Assembly (NCBI GenBank): GCA_020891255.1 | Contig: BQFW01000002.1 | Coordinates: 2,542,001-2,606,000, forward strand | Reading direction: 5' to 3' | Length of the DNA stretch: 64,000 nt | From: Entomortierella parvispora E1425 | Lineage: Eukaryota; Fungi; Mortierellomycota | Part shown: positions 24,153 to 34,972 of the stretch, in pieces | Layout: the number at the start of each line of letters is the position of its first letter | Numbering within the stretch: the first letter of the stretch is position 1 | Notes under the pieces: model-generated | What the model was told of the DNA's origin: nothing | Database searches by the model: none | The model's input: only the letters and a program-made list of their open reading frames with translations | Program-made: the position numbers and the translations under genes

Positions 24153-25899
24153 ATGAGACTTCGCATTCGACACAAGGATGGCATGGCCACTCTCACTTCC
24201 TTGACAGAGCAGTCAACTCTTCTGGAGCTACATGTAAGGAGATGGACCCTAATGTCGCCATGGGTAGCCATTTCATCCCCATCTAATCCCCATCTTACAT
24301 GCACTTTCCATTAGAATGAGATTGCGCGGGAAGTTAAAACGCCGGCGGCTCGTCTGGAGTGTAAGTGCTGATCACCTCAACTTTGAAATTTTACATTTTT
24401 TTTTGAATGAACGCCCGACGAACGTGCTTCGCCCAAATGAAGACGTGGAAAAAAAAATCTAACGATGGCCCTTTCATTTTCCTTTGTAGTGAAGACTGGC
24501 TACCCTCCAAAACCTCTTTTGATCGACAGCTCCTCTGCCCAGAGCTCACTCCAGAGTTTAGGAATCAAGGATGGCGAGCAGATCATGACCTCGGAGCGAC
24601 CAGACGGGTCGGTTTCATCTTTTGAGTTTGGATCCACCAGTGCGGCGTCCGAACCGACTGTGACATCATCAGCTCCTACTGCGCAGGCGGCTACAGCTAC
24701 ATCTCACGCGGCAGCATTCCAGCCTCCCAAGGCCGTCGGAGGTCTGGCTTTTGGATCTCGCCCTTTGATTCCACTCTCTGGCGCCAATTCTGCATTCCAG
24801 GCAAAACCTGTGGCGGGTGCGCATCCGTTTGGAGGCCTTTCTACCGTGGACTCATCTTATAAACCTCCAACTCCAGCTCCAGCTCCAGTATCCAATCTCA
24901 CAGCTGGACCATCAGGAAGTGTTGGAAGTGTCCGAGTGCGAGATCAAGGAATCCTGGTCGTTCGAGTAAGTCCCTGCTTACTTCAAATGACAGGAACTGA
25001 TAATCTAAAACGCTACTAACATTTGAGGGCCAACTAGGAAGTGGAGGACGACAACAGTTGCTTATTTAATGCTGTGGCATACACGCTGGACCCATCCATG
25101 AAGTCAAATATTGCCGCATTACGACACATCATTGCGAAAGCTATTGAGGCCAACCCGGATGATTATTCAGATGCTGTCCTGGGGTAAGCCGCTTCTTCTT
25201 GATAAAATAACTGCTCAAAAGTGTGCTGTTTTCTACTTGGAGACGTGAAGTAGCCCCATAGTTGACCCAGCCTCTTGTCTAAACACCATCCCTAGACGAC
25301 CTCGCAAGGACTATTGTGATTGGATCAGACGCGAGAATAGCTGGGGAGGAGCAATTGGTAATCCAAAAATCTGGGGCCGCAGTAACACTCTATAACCTTG
25401 GATTTATCTTGTTCTATGCCTTGTTTGTTAACCGTACCTTGCCATTCGCTTATTTCTTTTACCGTTCGACAGAATTAGCCATCTTCTCTGAGCACTACAA
25501 CATTGGTAAATTGTTTTTTGAAGCCTGAGATAGCACAAAAGGCCATGGTGGTTTGCCTCTATTAACATTGGGCTATTTTCATGCCTATGTGGGATATGCG
25601 TGGATTCATGATAGAAATTGACAGTATAGACGTGTCTACCAACAGAGTCGACCGCTTTGGTGAGTTTTCTCTCAGCCTGTGCTCATTAATTGTGGATAAA
25701 CTCGCGATGCGACAAGGACTTTGGAAAAATAAGGCGCAGTACCTAATTTTTTTATTATTTTGTTATTTTCACAGGCGAGGGAAAGTTCACTCAGCGCGCT
25801 CTGTTGATGTATAGGTAAGAAAGAATGGATTGTTGTGCAAGAAATGGTGCAATTGAGGCAGCTTCCCAAGTTCTCCTCACTAAACCCCTTTCACCCTTT

Positions 25900-25932
<33 letters not shown>

Positions 25933-26496
25933 ATCGATCGTAGTGGTATCCGTAAGTGATATCTTGAAAAATGATCTCGGGAAGTAACATGCCGCGTAGC
26001 AAGAAGATCACAGATTTTTGTTAATAACCCATTCGTGATTTTCAGATTACGACGCAGTGGCCCTCACGCCCGGTTTAGACATCCCAGAAGAATGCGACCA
26101 AACACAGTTTGACATTGCAACATCGGAGGAAATTATCAATGCTGGAATCCAACTCTCGATCAAGCTTAAACAGGTAATGAAACAAGAGGGAGAAACCATT
26201 GCACTGACAGGAAGAGTCGTCGCCGATCTTGCAGAGTCCCTGCTAAACGACACGCCTAATGAAACCCTCTTCTCTTTGAACTATCAGGCACACAAGTACA
26301 CAGATGTTGCCAATTTCACCCTCAGGTGCTCAGTTTGTCAGGCTGGACTCAAGGGCGAAAAAGATGCTCAGCAGCATGCTCAACAAACGATGCACACCTC
26401 ATTGTGAGTACCCACTGATTAGATGTTTTTTTTCTAGGAATATGATTGCAGAGTAACTGACTAGCCATTTACATTGCTAGTGAGGAATACAAATAG
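24153..26496 (+). CDS. OTU1: OTU-family deubiquitinase Otu1/YOD1 (UBL - OTU - C2H2), multi-exon with an 8-nt micro-exon
   Basis: MRLRIRHKDG...LKTGYPPK (UBL-like). Catalytic DDNSCLFNAV, then SWGGAIELAIFS, then spliced MY-SGIH-YDAVAL. Zinc finger LRCSVCQAGLKGEKDAQQHAQQTMHTSF-EEYK, stop at 26496. Confidence 0.93.
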
Positions 26497-26610
26497 AGGG
26501 ACCACTCATCCCAGGCCAAGCCCGTTTAGAAGTCGGCCATATTGTGGTATACACGTATACACGACAATAAATCGCTTTATATTCAAATGGTAATAGCACC
26601 TAGTGGGCCC

Positions 26611-27813
26611 TTAGGCCTTCTTCTTCTTGCTCAGCTCTTTGGCTACCGGTGCTGTTGGCTCTAAGGATTTGTTGACCAACTGTCTTTCCCTCCATCCGAG
26701 ATACAATGGAAGGACGGTGCTTACGGAGAGGATGGGCATAACCAAGGTCAAAGCCAATCCCATCTTCAGCTTTTTGAGCTGTCGGCTGGACTGGATCATA
26801 TAAGTGGCGGCCAGCAAGTTGTTGAAGATCATATCCGCGCTGATAGAAGTTTGGCAATGGTTGTGCCAAAGTGCCCTGTAGAGGACAATGGGCTTCATGA
26901 TGGGCGAGAACACAAAAGGAAGCGAATACATGATATGGCTCACCAATGCAATCATGGCCAAGATAAAGTACAGACGAGGAAGACTAAAAGTCGAAAAGCG
27001 CTTGTGGACTTCTGGGTTAAAGGTGATCAACGACGGGATCAGAAACAAGGCATGGGTTGCAATCAGGTTCCTGGTGAACGGGGTCGACATGGACTCGAAG
27101 AATGGAGTGGCCAACACACTTAATTCTCCCAAGAGGATCAAGAGGGCCAGGACTGTGGGGACGGATCGAACCTGGCTGCGCTTCTTTGGTACCGGATCCA
27201 TCTGAGCCAGGAACAAGGGACCACCGACAGACATGCTTCCAAAGAATCCAAGGAGGACAAACCACCAGGTGGGTGTCCATGTGCGCTTTTTGTTGTTGTC
27301 CTTTTTCACAAGACTCTCCTCTCTCAAAGACTGACCCTCCACGGACCAACAGGTCAAGGCTGTGCCAGTGAGTAAAAGTAATTGACTCGACCACCACCAC
27401 TTTGGCAGTGTATTTGTGACAATGGCATAGGCTTGGACACTATGAGAAGCAAAGGTTGACCTTTGTTTAAACTTTCGGCGCTTTTACACTGTGTCCTTTC
27501 TGGCTCACGCATGTCCGTCCATTTGAGAGTTCATGCATGTTTCGACTTACAAGAGATCCGATTCAATAATGAAACGGTCGAGGTCACTACCCAGCTTCTC
27601 ATATTCCTTTTTGAACCAGGAAATGATGTAGAACCAGGTGGTGAAGAGGGAGCAGATGGCGATGAGGACATAGAATGCATTGTTGGCAGAGAGGCGCGTC
27701 CTGGAGATGCAAACAATGAGCGCGGCAATGACGGTGGTGAAGTAGATGGCGATGGATCCGACTGCCTTGTAGTAGAGGGTCGACTCTGTCTGGGCGGGTG
27801 CTCCTGCGTCCAT
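26611..27813 (-). CDS. Uncharacterised multi-pass membrane protein (2 exons) with FVQAYAIV...KWWWSSQLL motif
   Basis: Exon 1 runs MDAGAPAQ...IIESDL with a gtaagt donor at 27550. The acceptor ctcatag gives FVQAYAIVTNTLPKWWWSSQLLLLTG in frame with ORF 26611-27357. It has many hydrophobic segments and a HCQTSISADM motif. Confidence 0.75.
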
Positions 27814-28491
27814 GGTGCGTCCGTTCGGGTGCTGGGTAGTTGCAGGGGTGTATTTAGGGGTGGGAAAGAGACGGAAAGAAAAGAGAGAAGGCAGACAAGA
27901 CGGATCCCCCCCCCCCTTCTTTTGGATCGATCTGCGCGTTTGACGTTGCGTTGCAGGCAAGCGAGTCACATTGTCTTCGCGTTCGTGTCGCGTGTGTGTC
28001 GATGGTGGTCGATGGTGGTCGATGCTGGCTCGCTCTTTGGCTTCTGTCGCTGCCCCTAGGCAGGCTGCTCGGACGAAAGAGTTTCTAGCCAACTCCTTGA
28101 CCTACTGGAGTCCATCCATCGACTGGAAAATGGGGCGCCTCTGTGGCCCAAACAATTGTGCCTTGCCCTCGCTGCTTGCGGGCTGATTGTCGACAAGATC
28201 TGGCACTCCCGTCCAGCATCCAATCATGGCCACAGCACCGCTGTGCCCCATCTGACATCCTTTGCAGAACACAAGGACAACAAAGAATGGCCCAGGCAAG
28301 CCAACAACACAGCGTGAGCAACGCACGGCACCCCACCGCTCTTATTTCACACGGGAAGACAGGCTCGACCCCTCTTCTGTTGTCGACCGTCCTTCCTCTC
28401 TTTTTTCCGCTCCATTCATTCATCTCAAAGATCATTTCTCCATTTGAATTTGTTCATTCCTCCCGAAAAGAAGTTCAACAAACTCAAAGCC

Positions 28492-31400
28492 ATGACGCGA
28501 GCTCTGTCACCCAAGGATTCTGCTCACCTTGCGTCCAAGCGCGCGCTATCCATCCCAGAAATCTTAGAAAGGATCTTTTCCTACTTGCCAGACAAAGCGC
28601 GAGATCGAGTAGGTACGTTGGTCTGCAAGAGCTGGCATGCGATCCTCTGTTGCCAGCATCACGAAAACCACCACCGGTATCCTCGCCAACTCGTCCAGAT
28701 TATCTTCTGCAAAAGAGACTGGCAGACCCATCGTCATAGCTTTGGATACACTCACGACAATGTTACAGCCATTGGCTCTACTCGCGGAGGCCTCTTTGAT
28801 GTCCGCTTCGGATGTTGGACAGATCAAGTGTCTCCTCCAAAGTTTGAGTATCCTGATATTCCACCCCAGCCAAGGGCAAATCGAAAGAATCAGGCCTTCT
28901 TAAAGACTTCCCGGGACGTCTTGGCGTATCCAGTGAAACCATGCATTCTCCAGTCTTCCCTATGGCCCACCCGACTCCCACCCAATATGTGGCAATATCA
29001 TAACGAGTGGGGGTATTTCAGTTTCCGCGACCGAATCCCGGGTCTGGCCCGTGTGGCTCCAGATCCGACCAGCGAAAAGGCGAGTTGGTTGGACTATTTG
29101 GACGGTCTTGGTGCGCTCCAAATGATTCTGACTGGCCGGAACAACACCTTGGCAGACTTTTATCCCATTCCCACCTTCAAAGCCGCCGAGAGATGGCAGG
29201 CGCGAAAGGACCTTTTGGAGGCACTCAGAATTCTCTCTGGATCTGCTTCCTCTCAAATCACGCCCCACGTTGGATATAAACCGCGGGAGCGATTCGCATT
29301 GCTGGAACTCGAGATTCTCTATTTGGATTTGACATATCCTCCACTTCAAGTCGAGGAGGGCCAATCGGCGGTACCTGATGTTCTCTTCGGGCCTGTGAAT
29401 CCAAAAGAGGAATATGTGGCGACAGGGGATGACTATGAAATGTTTCTACGACCGCTGACCTCGATCCCAGGAGTGTCTTGTCATCTTCGAAAGCTGGTGC
29501 TCAAACATTTGATGGTTTGGCCTGGGATTGCACAGTCATCAGATATGCGACGCAAGGGTCGGAGAACCCAACGACAGAAAAAGGGCGAGGGGTTGAAGGA
29601 TGACGAGGGATTATTTCCGATAGGTCCAATTCTCAAGACCTGTCGCCAACTAGAAGAACTCACCCTCGAGTCCGATGATCCATGTGTTAAAGAAGGACGA
29701 AAGATGAACTGGCGGCCATCTGACTGGGAAAGAATCATGATCACTTTGGTTCTCTTTATCGACGGTGCTTGCGATGAGGACGACGGAGGGGAGATGAAGG
29801 AACCCGTGCTCGTAGACGTCTCAGAGCTTGGCGATGATCCTGACCAGCCCACATACCCATGTGAACCTCTGCAAACTCTGTCTGGGTTAAAGCTGAAAAA
29901 GTTACGATTGAAGGAAATCCATGTGCCCGAGGCTGTTCTACAATCACTGATTCAGGCTTCACCCTCTTTGTCAGACCTCTGGATCCAAGCGCCTGTGACC
30001 GAGTTTCCTCCGGGTACTTCTCTTTCGTCCCTGAACCTGATGGAAGATGAGAGACCCCCCAGGCACGATTTTGGTCCGAATGTGACTTGCGACCGAATGG
30101 AGTTTTTTCGCGATCTAGGCGCCCGATGGCCACAACTCACCAAACTACACTTTTCAAAATCGGAACATCGGTACACAGCAGCCCAGATGCGGACTATATT
30201 GAAGGCATTCCCAAATTCAAGTCAGTGGACCATTGGATGGAGGGAGCTTGGAGGTGGAGTCCTTGAGGACTTGAATAGGATTGTCGCCAGAAGCAGTCTG
30301 AACAGGACCCTTGTTGACATGGAAGAAAGTCAAGGCAGCAGCAATGGTGGGCAGTCGTTTTACCGCACTCCAGGGCTTTATGGCAACTTCTTGACGTCTT
30401 TGGACATTGTACCGATCAGGGATTGGTCACCTCAGTGTGGCGACGTAATCCATGTCTTCCTTTGTGAGGCGTGGCACCTGGAATACCTTCGGGCGGGATC
30501 CATTGGGTGCTATTTGGACAATCTAGACTTGAACAATGTTTTGCAGACATCAACCACCGTTCTTTCTGCGGAATCCATCAATGACGAACGTGGTCCTCAG
30601 AGCTATTCTCGCCAGAGGAGAGAGACAGGCCTTTATGAGTTTAGCCCCAAAGCGGTATGGGCGTGTCGAAATCTGAAGGTTTTGCACATTGAATTTACAC
30701 GGCGCCGGACAGCAAAACAAGATAAATATCGCCCCTCTTACCGCCAAGTCTCCATGGCAAGTTCTCAGTCTGGAGCTACTGTGGACGGACCGATGGTACA
30801 AGTTGGCCCTGAGCGTTGGAACGCTCAGCACCATGGTGCATCCTTAGGATGTCACAAAGAGGAATCAGTTGACCCCGAAAAGGCCTCGCGAGTCGTCTTT
30901 GGATATCTGGCGCGGTTCTGTCCCCGTCTTTGTGAAGTCACCCTTGAATGCAGCCTGCTGTCCCTGAGTCTTGAAGGTGGTTTTACAATATTGACGAGGA
31001 TAAAGACTCTGAAAAGGATCTCTATTTTTCATCTCAGGACGGGATTTGAAAAACGAGACGTCCTACCATGGGTGATCAAGAGGTTCGCTTCATCAGGCTC
31101 TTCTCGACAAGAAAATATCATGGGAGACCCCGCGGTTGCAATTAGGCTTTGGACCTACCGGAGAGAGATTCGCAGACTTCGACGCAATAGTGAGAACGAA
31201 CAGCGTGCCATCGTTGGAACAGGCGACTTGGCTGAGATCAACAAAGACGAGAACTCGGACCGAAATGGGGGCGGTTTTTCCAACACAGAGGGAGCCCAGT
31301 GGGTGTGCACTGTATCTAAGGATTGTTACCGGAATCTAGGATACCTGCAAGATTTAGTTCTTACTCTATCGGATCTGATCGAGAAAGACCATCCGAAAAC

Positions 31401-31578
31401 TGGTCGTCTCTCCAAGGTCACACCGTCCTTTGGAGTTAATGACGGGGAGACGTGGCCAGATCTGGTTCGATTGCAGCTTGTCTACATGGAGACACATCTT
31501 CACAAACCATTTCTAGTTCCTTTGCTGCGCAAATATCGCCCCGAGATGGACATTGTTTGGGACAAGTATAGAACATAA
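28492..31578 (+). CDS. F-box-like/LRR-like protein, 1028 aa, intronless (family expanded in Mortierellaceae)
   Basis: N-terminal ALSIPEILERIFSYL...LVCKSWH F-box motif. Degenerate LRR-like units (LRKLVL, CRQLEELTL, LKLKKLRL, WPQLTKLHF) and VWACRNLKVLHI...VFGYLARFCPRLCEVTL, typical of this family. Confidence 0.8.
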   Translation: MTRALSPKDSAHLASKRALSIPEILERIFSYLPDKARDRVGTLVCKSWHAILCCQHHENHHRYPRQLVQIIFCKRDWQTHRHSFGYTHDNVTAIGSTRGGLFDVRFGCWTDQVSPPKFEYPDIPPQPRANRKNQAFLKTSRDVLAYPVKPCILQSSLWPTRLPPNMWQYHNEWGYFSFRDRIPGLARVAPDPTSEKASWLDYLDGLGALQMILTGRNNTLADFYPIPTFKAAERWQARKDLLEALRILSGSASSQITPHVGYKPRERFALLELEILYLDLTYPPLQVEEGQSAVPDVLFGPVNPKEEYVATGDDYEMFLRPLTSIPGVSCHLRKLVLKHLMVWPGIAQSSDMRRKGRRTQRQKKGEGLKDDEGLFPIGPILKTCRQLEELTLESDDPCVKEGRKMNWRPSDWERIMITLVLFIDGACDEDDGGEMKEPVLVDVSELGDDPDQPTYPCEPLQTLSGLKLKKLRLKEIHVPEAVLQSLIQASPSLSDLWIQAPVTEFPPGTSLSSLNLMEDERPPRHDFGPNVTCDRMEFFRDLGARWPQLTKLHFSKSEHRYTAAQMRTILKAFPNSSQWTIGWRELGGGVLEDLNRIVARSSLNRTLVDMEESQGSSNGGQSFYRTPGLYGNFLTSLDIVPIRDWSPQCGDVIHVFLCEAWHLEYLRAGSIGCYLDNLDLNNVLQTSTTVLSAESINDERGPQSYSRQRRETGLYEFSPKAVWACRNLKVLHIEFTRRRTAKQDKYRPSYRQVSMASSQSGATVDGPMVQVGPERWNAQHHGASLGCHKEESVDPEKASRVVFGYLARFCPRLCEVTLECSLLSLSLEGGFTILTRIKTLKRISIFHLRTGFEKRDVLPWVIKRFASSGSSRQENIMGDPAVAIRLWTYRREIRRLRRNSENEQRAIVGTGDLAEINKDENSDRNGGGFSNTEGAQWVCTVSKDCYRNLGYLQDLVLTLSDLIEKDHPKTGRLSKVTPSFGVNDGETWPDLVRLQLVYMETHLHKPFLVPLLRKYRPEMDIVWDKYRT

Positions 31579-31703
31579 AGAGCAAGAAAACCAAAGGGAA
31601 AAAAAAAGGTCATTCATCCTTTTTCTAATAAACAAGAGGGGGGCACCATCTTTATTTGCTATGGCCTCTACAAGCATTTCGCTCAAGTAGGTCTTTCTCG
31701 GTC

Positions 31704-31737
31704 AAAAAAAAAAAGGGGGGGGGGGGGGGGGGGAGGG
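31704..31737 (+). repeat. A11-G19 homopolymer junction between convergent 3' ends
   Basis: Eleven A followed by 19 G, then aggg, directly visible. Confidence 0.9.
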
Positions 31738-31753
31738 AAAGGCGGCAAGGCTC

Positions 31754-34581
31754 TTACGGGAATTGACTAAACTCGCCTTGTTCCTCTATCGTCTTTCCGC
31801 CATGTACATATGAGATATGATATCTCATCCTCACAGGTGCACCACTGTATCCAGGAGGGCATCGAATCATCATCGACTGAGTAACTGATCTCTTTGAGAA
31901 TGCAGGCACCACTTGAGCAGACTGTGGATCCAACTTGAGCTGTAACGTCTTTGGAACAGCGACTCTCAAGGTCAGGGCAGACAGTGGGCTATTCAGCTGG
32001 TTCGAGAATGAAGCCATGATGGCATATTGTTTCTCGCCATTGACGCCACCTTCTTTCTTCCAGTGGATATCCAAATCGATTTGGAATCCGTTTTTGCTGA
32101 TCAGGACCGCTGTAGTCGGAAAATAGACAAGAGGGATGTTAGTCTCCATAAGATAATAACGTCTCTTATATACTCTCCTCTCCCTCAAAGACAATAGTGC
32201 TGTACCAGATGTAGGCTCTGAGCTTTCAGTAGGGCTCTCTCCAGTGTTGGACACAAACTCGAATTCATCCTGACCCGTCAACAGGGACGGTGAAACGGCA
32301 GGAGGAGATGGTGTAGCGCTCTGAGACAGTGATGACCTTTGTCGAGACTGCGCTGGGTTAGAATTGGTGGCGGTGGAAGAAGACGAGCCGACAGAGATTG
32401 GGTTGACACTTGTGATAGGCGATGAAAAAATGTTGTAAGGGAGCGCTCCACCTATTTTGATTTGTAGTTCATTGAAGGTTAATAAGCTCCGTTTCGCTCT
32501 TCAGGGTAGAGGCAATGTCAATTACCTGTCGCGGAGGTAGGAGTGCTGGGTGCACTGCTAAGAGCAGATGAAGATTGTCCCAAGCTAATAGATCCTGCAG
32601 CACCCCATGCTGGAGGGGGTGGGGAGTCATTGAAATTCAAATTCAGCAGGTCATCCATGAGGTTTCCTAGAAAATCACAGCATAATTTAGCAAATGTCTG
32701 TGATGGAGAGAGCAACTTTGCCTTCAAAGCCAACACTCACCAGTCGTCTTTGGCGTGCTGGCAGACGAGTTCGATCCATCAGATCCGTCGTCAATAAGGT
32801 CGATAAGAGATGTTTCCTTGGATTTCTGCTTGGACATCGAGTGTGCTTGACGTGCATGGTTGTTTCCACCGTTGGTTTCATCTTCTTCCTCACTTGGCAG
32901 TGCAACCTTGACCAAGTTGCCTTTCTTGACCTCATCATATTGCTCAATGACGCTGTTGAGGATCTCATTCAGCTTCAAAAGTTTTTCTATTAAGAATAGC
33001 CAATATGGTAAGATAATCAGTATCCCTCGAGCGACATTCTGCAGGTGCTGAATGACATTGATTGCATCCATACCCATGTTGTCTGGATCCTTGTCCTCTG
33101 TTATAATGGACTCTACTCTAGGCTTTGCAGCCTTGCAGGTACCCAGCAGCTCCTATTCGAACGATAAATTAGTATGATGTTGAAGATATCTTCAGTATTA
33201 CACATAGATTACTCCTTTTTCATACCTCAAAAATATCGCCACGCCCAATGATCTCTCCTGGCTTGACATCGTTTAGCATCTCTGTCAGAAGAGTCGCCTT
33301 TTGCATGAACTTGTTTAACTCGGCAGCGGCCTGTTCGGCATAGTCGGGCTTCTGCTCCTGCTCCTATGTCAAGAAACAAACAAACTCTAAGTGAATCGAG
33401 AAAGAAGACCTGAGCCAAACGAGTCTCTCCAAAGCAGTATGTGGTATACGTACATATCCCGTCATCTTTTTAACTAGTTCATTCGCGGCCCGGACATCTT
33501 CTGGGCGGCCGCGACGAATGAGCTCTTGCAGTTTCTGAAAGGGATGCATGGATGAAAAATGTCCTCAGGTGTTAACCTCAAATCACGGAAAACGCCTTCA
33601 AGTGCAATATGGACACTGGCAACACAATTCTTACAGCAGCCTGAGCAACACGGTCCTCCTCTTCGAGCTCAGCAGCCGACTTTAATGTCTAGATATTTTG
33701 ACCGGAATGAAAAATAGAAAAGAATTGTTAGTCTGTGCTCTTCCTTCCCTCTGAAAAACAAACACAGCACGACTACGAAAACATACCGCAACAGGATTAA
33801 GAACAGCAGCAGTCGACTTCTTCATTGGTGGGAATCGATATCCTTTAAAGGCCAAAAGTCGATGCATGTCCCGAATATGGATCAGGTCCTCCTTGTATCG
33901 CGAGGTCTTGCAAAGGGTATGGTACCATTCCTGGATCAATTCCAAGACCCGATTCTGAACCGGAGTCGGGACTGTGAGGGGTCGTTCAGGGAATCGACGG
34001 ACAAGAGAGTTGAGAAACTCCTTGGTGGCGATCTGAAGATGGAATGGGTATCCACAGTTTTTGACACAGTTGTCAAGAAGCTACGGCGGACGGCAAGAAT
34101 AATTACAAGAAAAGGTCAGAATCTAAATGAGGCCACCACTCCTTTGTGGCATCTATGTGTAACTTACAGTCAAAGCCAGCATGCCGACATGCATGTTCTT
34201 ATGGTTGACCAGACGAGCGATATAGATGGCGGCTTCTCGAGGTCTATTTCAGAGAGTTTGCGAAAGTCGAATTAATTATCGCGCCCATTTTTCCAACTGG
34301 TTTCTTCCTCTTTTCTTTCACGAAAAACGCTTCCACTTGCGTGTTTTGCTGCTTCTCTTTGATAACATCGCAGATTTCCAAGTTGAGGTTCATATCAGGC
34401 TCATATCGTGTTGGGTCGCATGCTCGCTCTACGAAAGAATATATGCAGAGTTCACGGATGAGTGGAGATTGTGAGCACCGGAAGGACATTGAGGATGAAC
34501 GAGTGTCGCTTTCATCACGCATGGCGTACCGATGTATGCCTCCAGGACAGATTTCTGCCTCCTCGGCTGGCCGTAGTTCAT
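31754..34581 (-). CDS. GGA1: GGA clathrin adaptor (VHS-GAT-GAE), multi-exon
   Basis: Spliced start MNYGQPRRQKSVLEAYI-ERACDPTRYEPDMNLNLEIC (VHS). Also ELIQEWYHTLCKTSRYKEDL, LQELIRRGRPEDVRAANELVKKM and EKLLKLNEILNSVIEQY (GAT), and VPKTLQLKLDPQS...RYHISY (GAE). Confidence 0.92.
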
Positions 34582-34972
34582 GGTTGGAGAGAGAGAAAGT
34601 AGACAAAATTGATGAGGAGAGAGAAAAGATCAAAGAAAGGTGTGTCTGTGCATGCAAGCAAGCGGGCGAAGAGTCGATGGAACGAACATAAAAAAGGGCG
34701 CCGCCTGCTTTTGGGACGTGGAACGTGGAAGAAACGGGCGGAGGCGAGCGAGGCGCGCTTTTGGACGTGGGCGGAGGGACACAGCCTCCGTGCACGTGAC
34801 GCCGATCTCTTTTTCTTTTTTTTTTTTTTTCTCGTTTTTCCGTTCGCATGCGAATCGACTCTTTTCTTTAGTTCAATCCGCATTCTCACCAGGAAACACG
34901 CGCGTCGCTTCCATTACCGAACAGACCGGCCAACCGCCCAACGACAGCAACGCAAGCAATCTTTATCGCACC

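Noticed and set aside
24153-34581. OTU1, an F-box gene and GGA close together as a functional 'ubiquitin cluster'
   Set aside because: OTU1 and GGA are conserved housekeeping genes with unrelated genes between them. Their proximity is adequately explained by chance in a gene-dense fungal genome.
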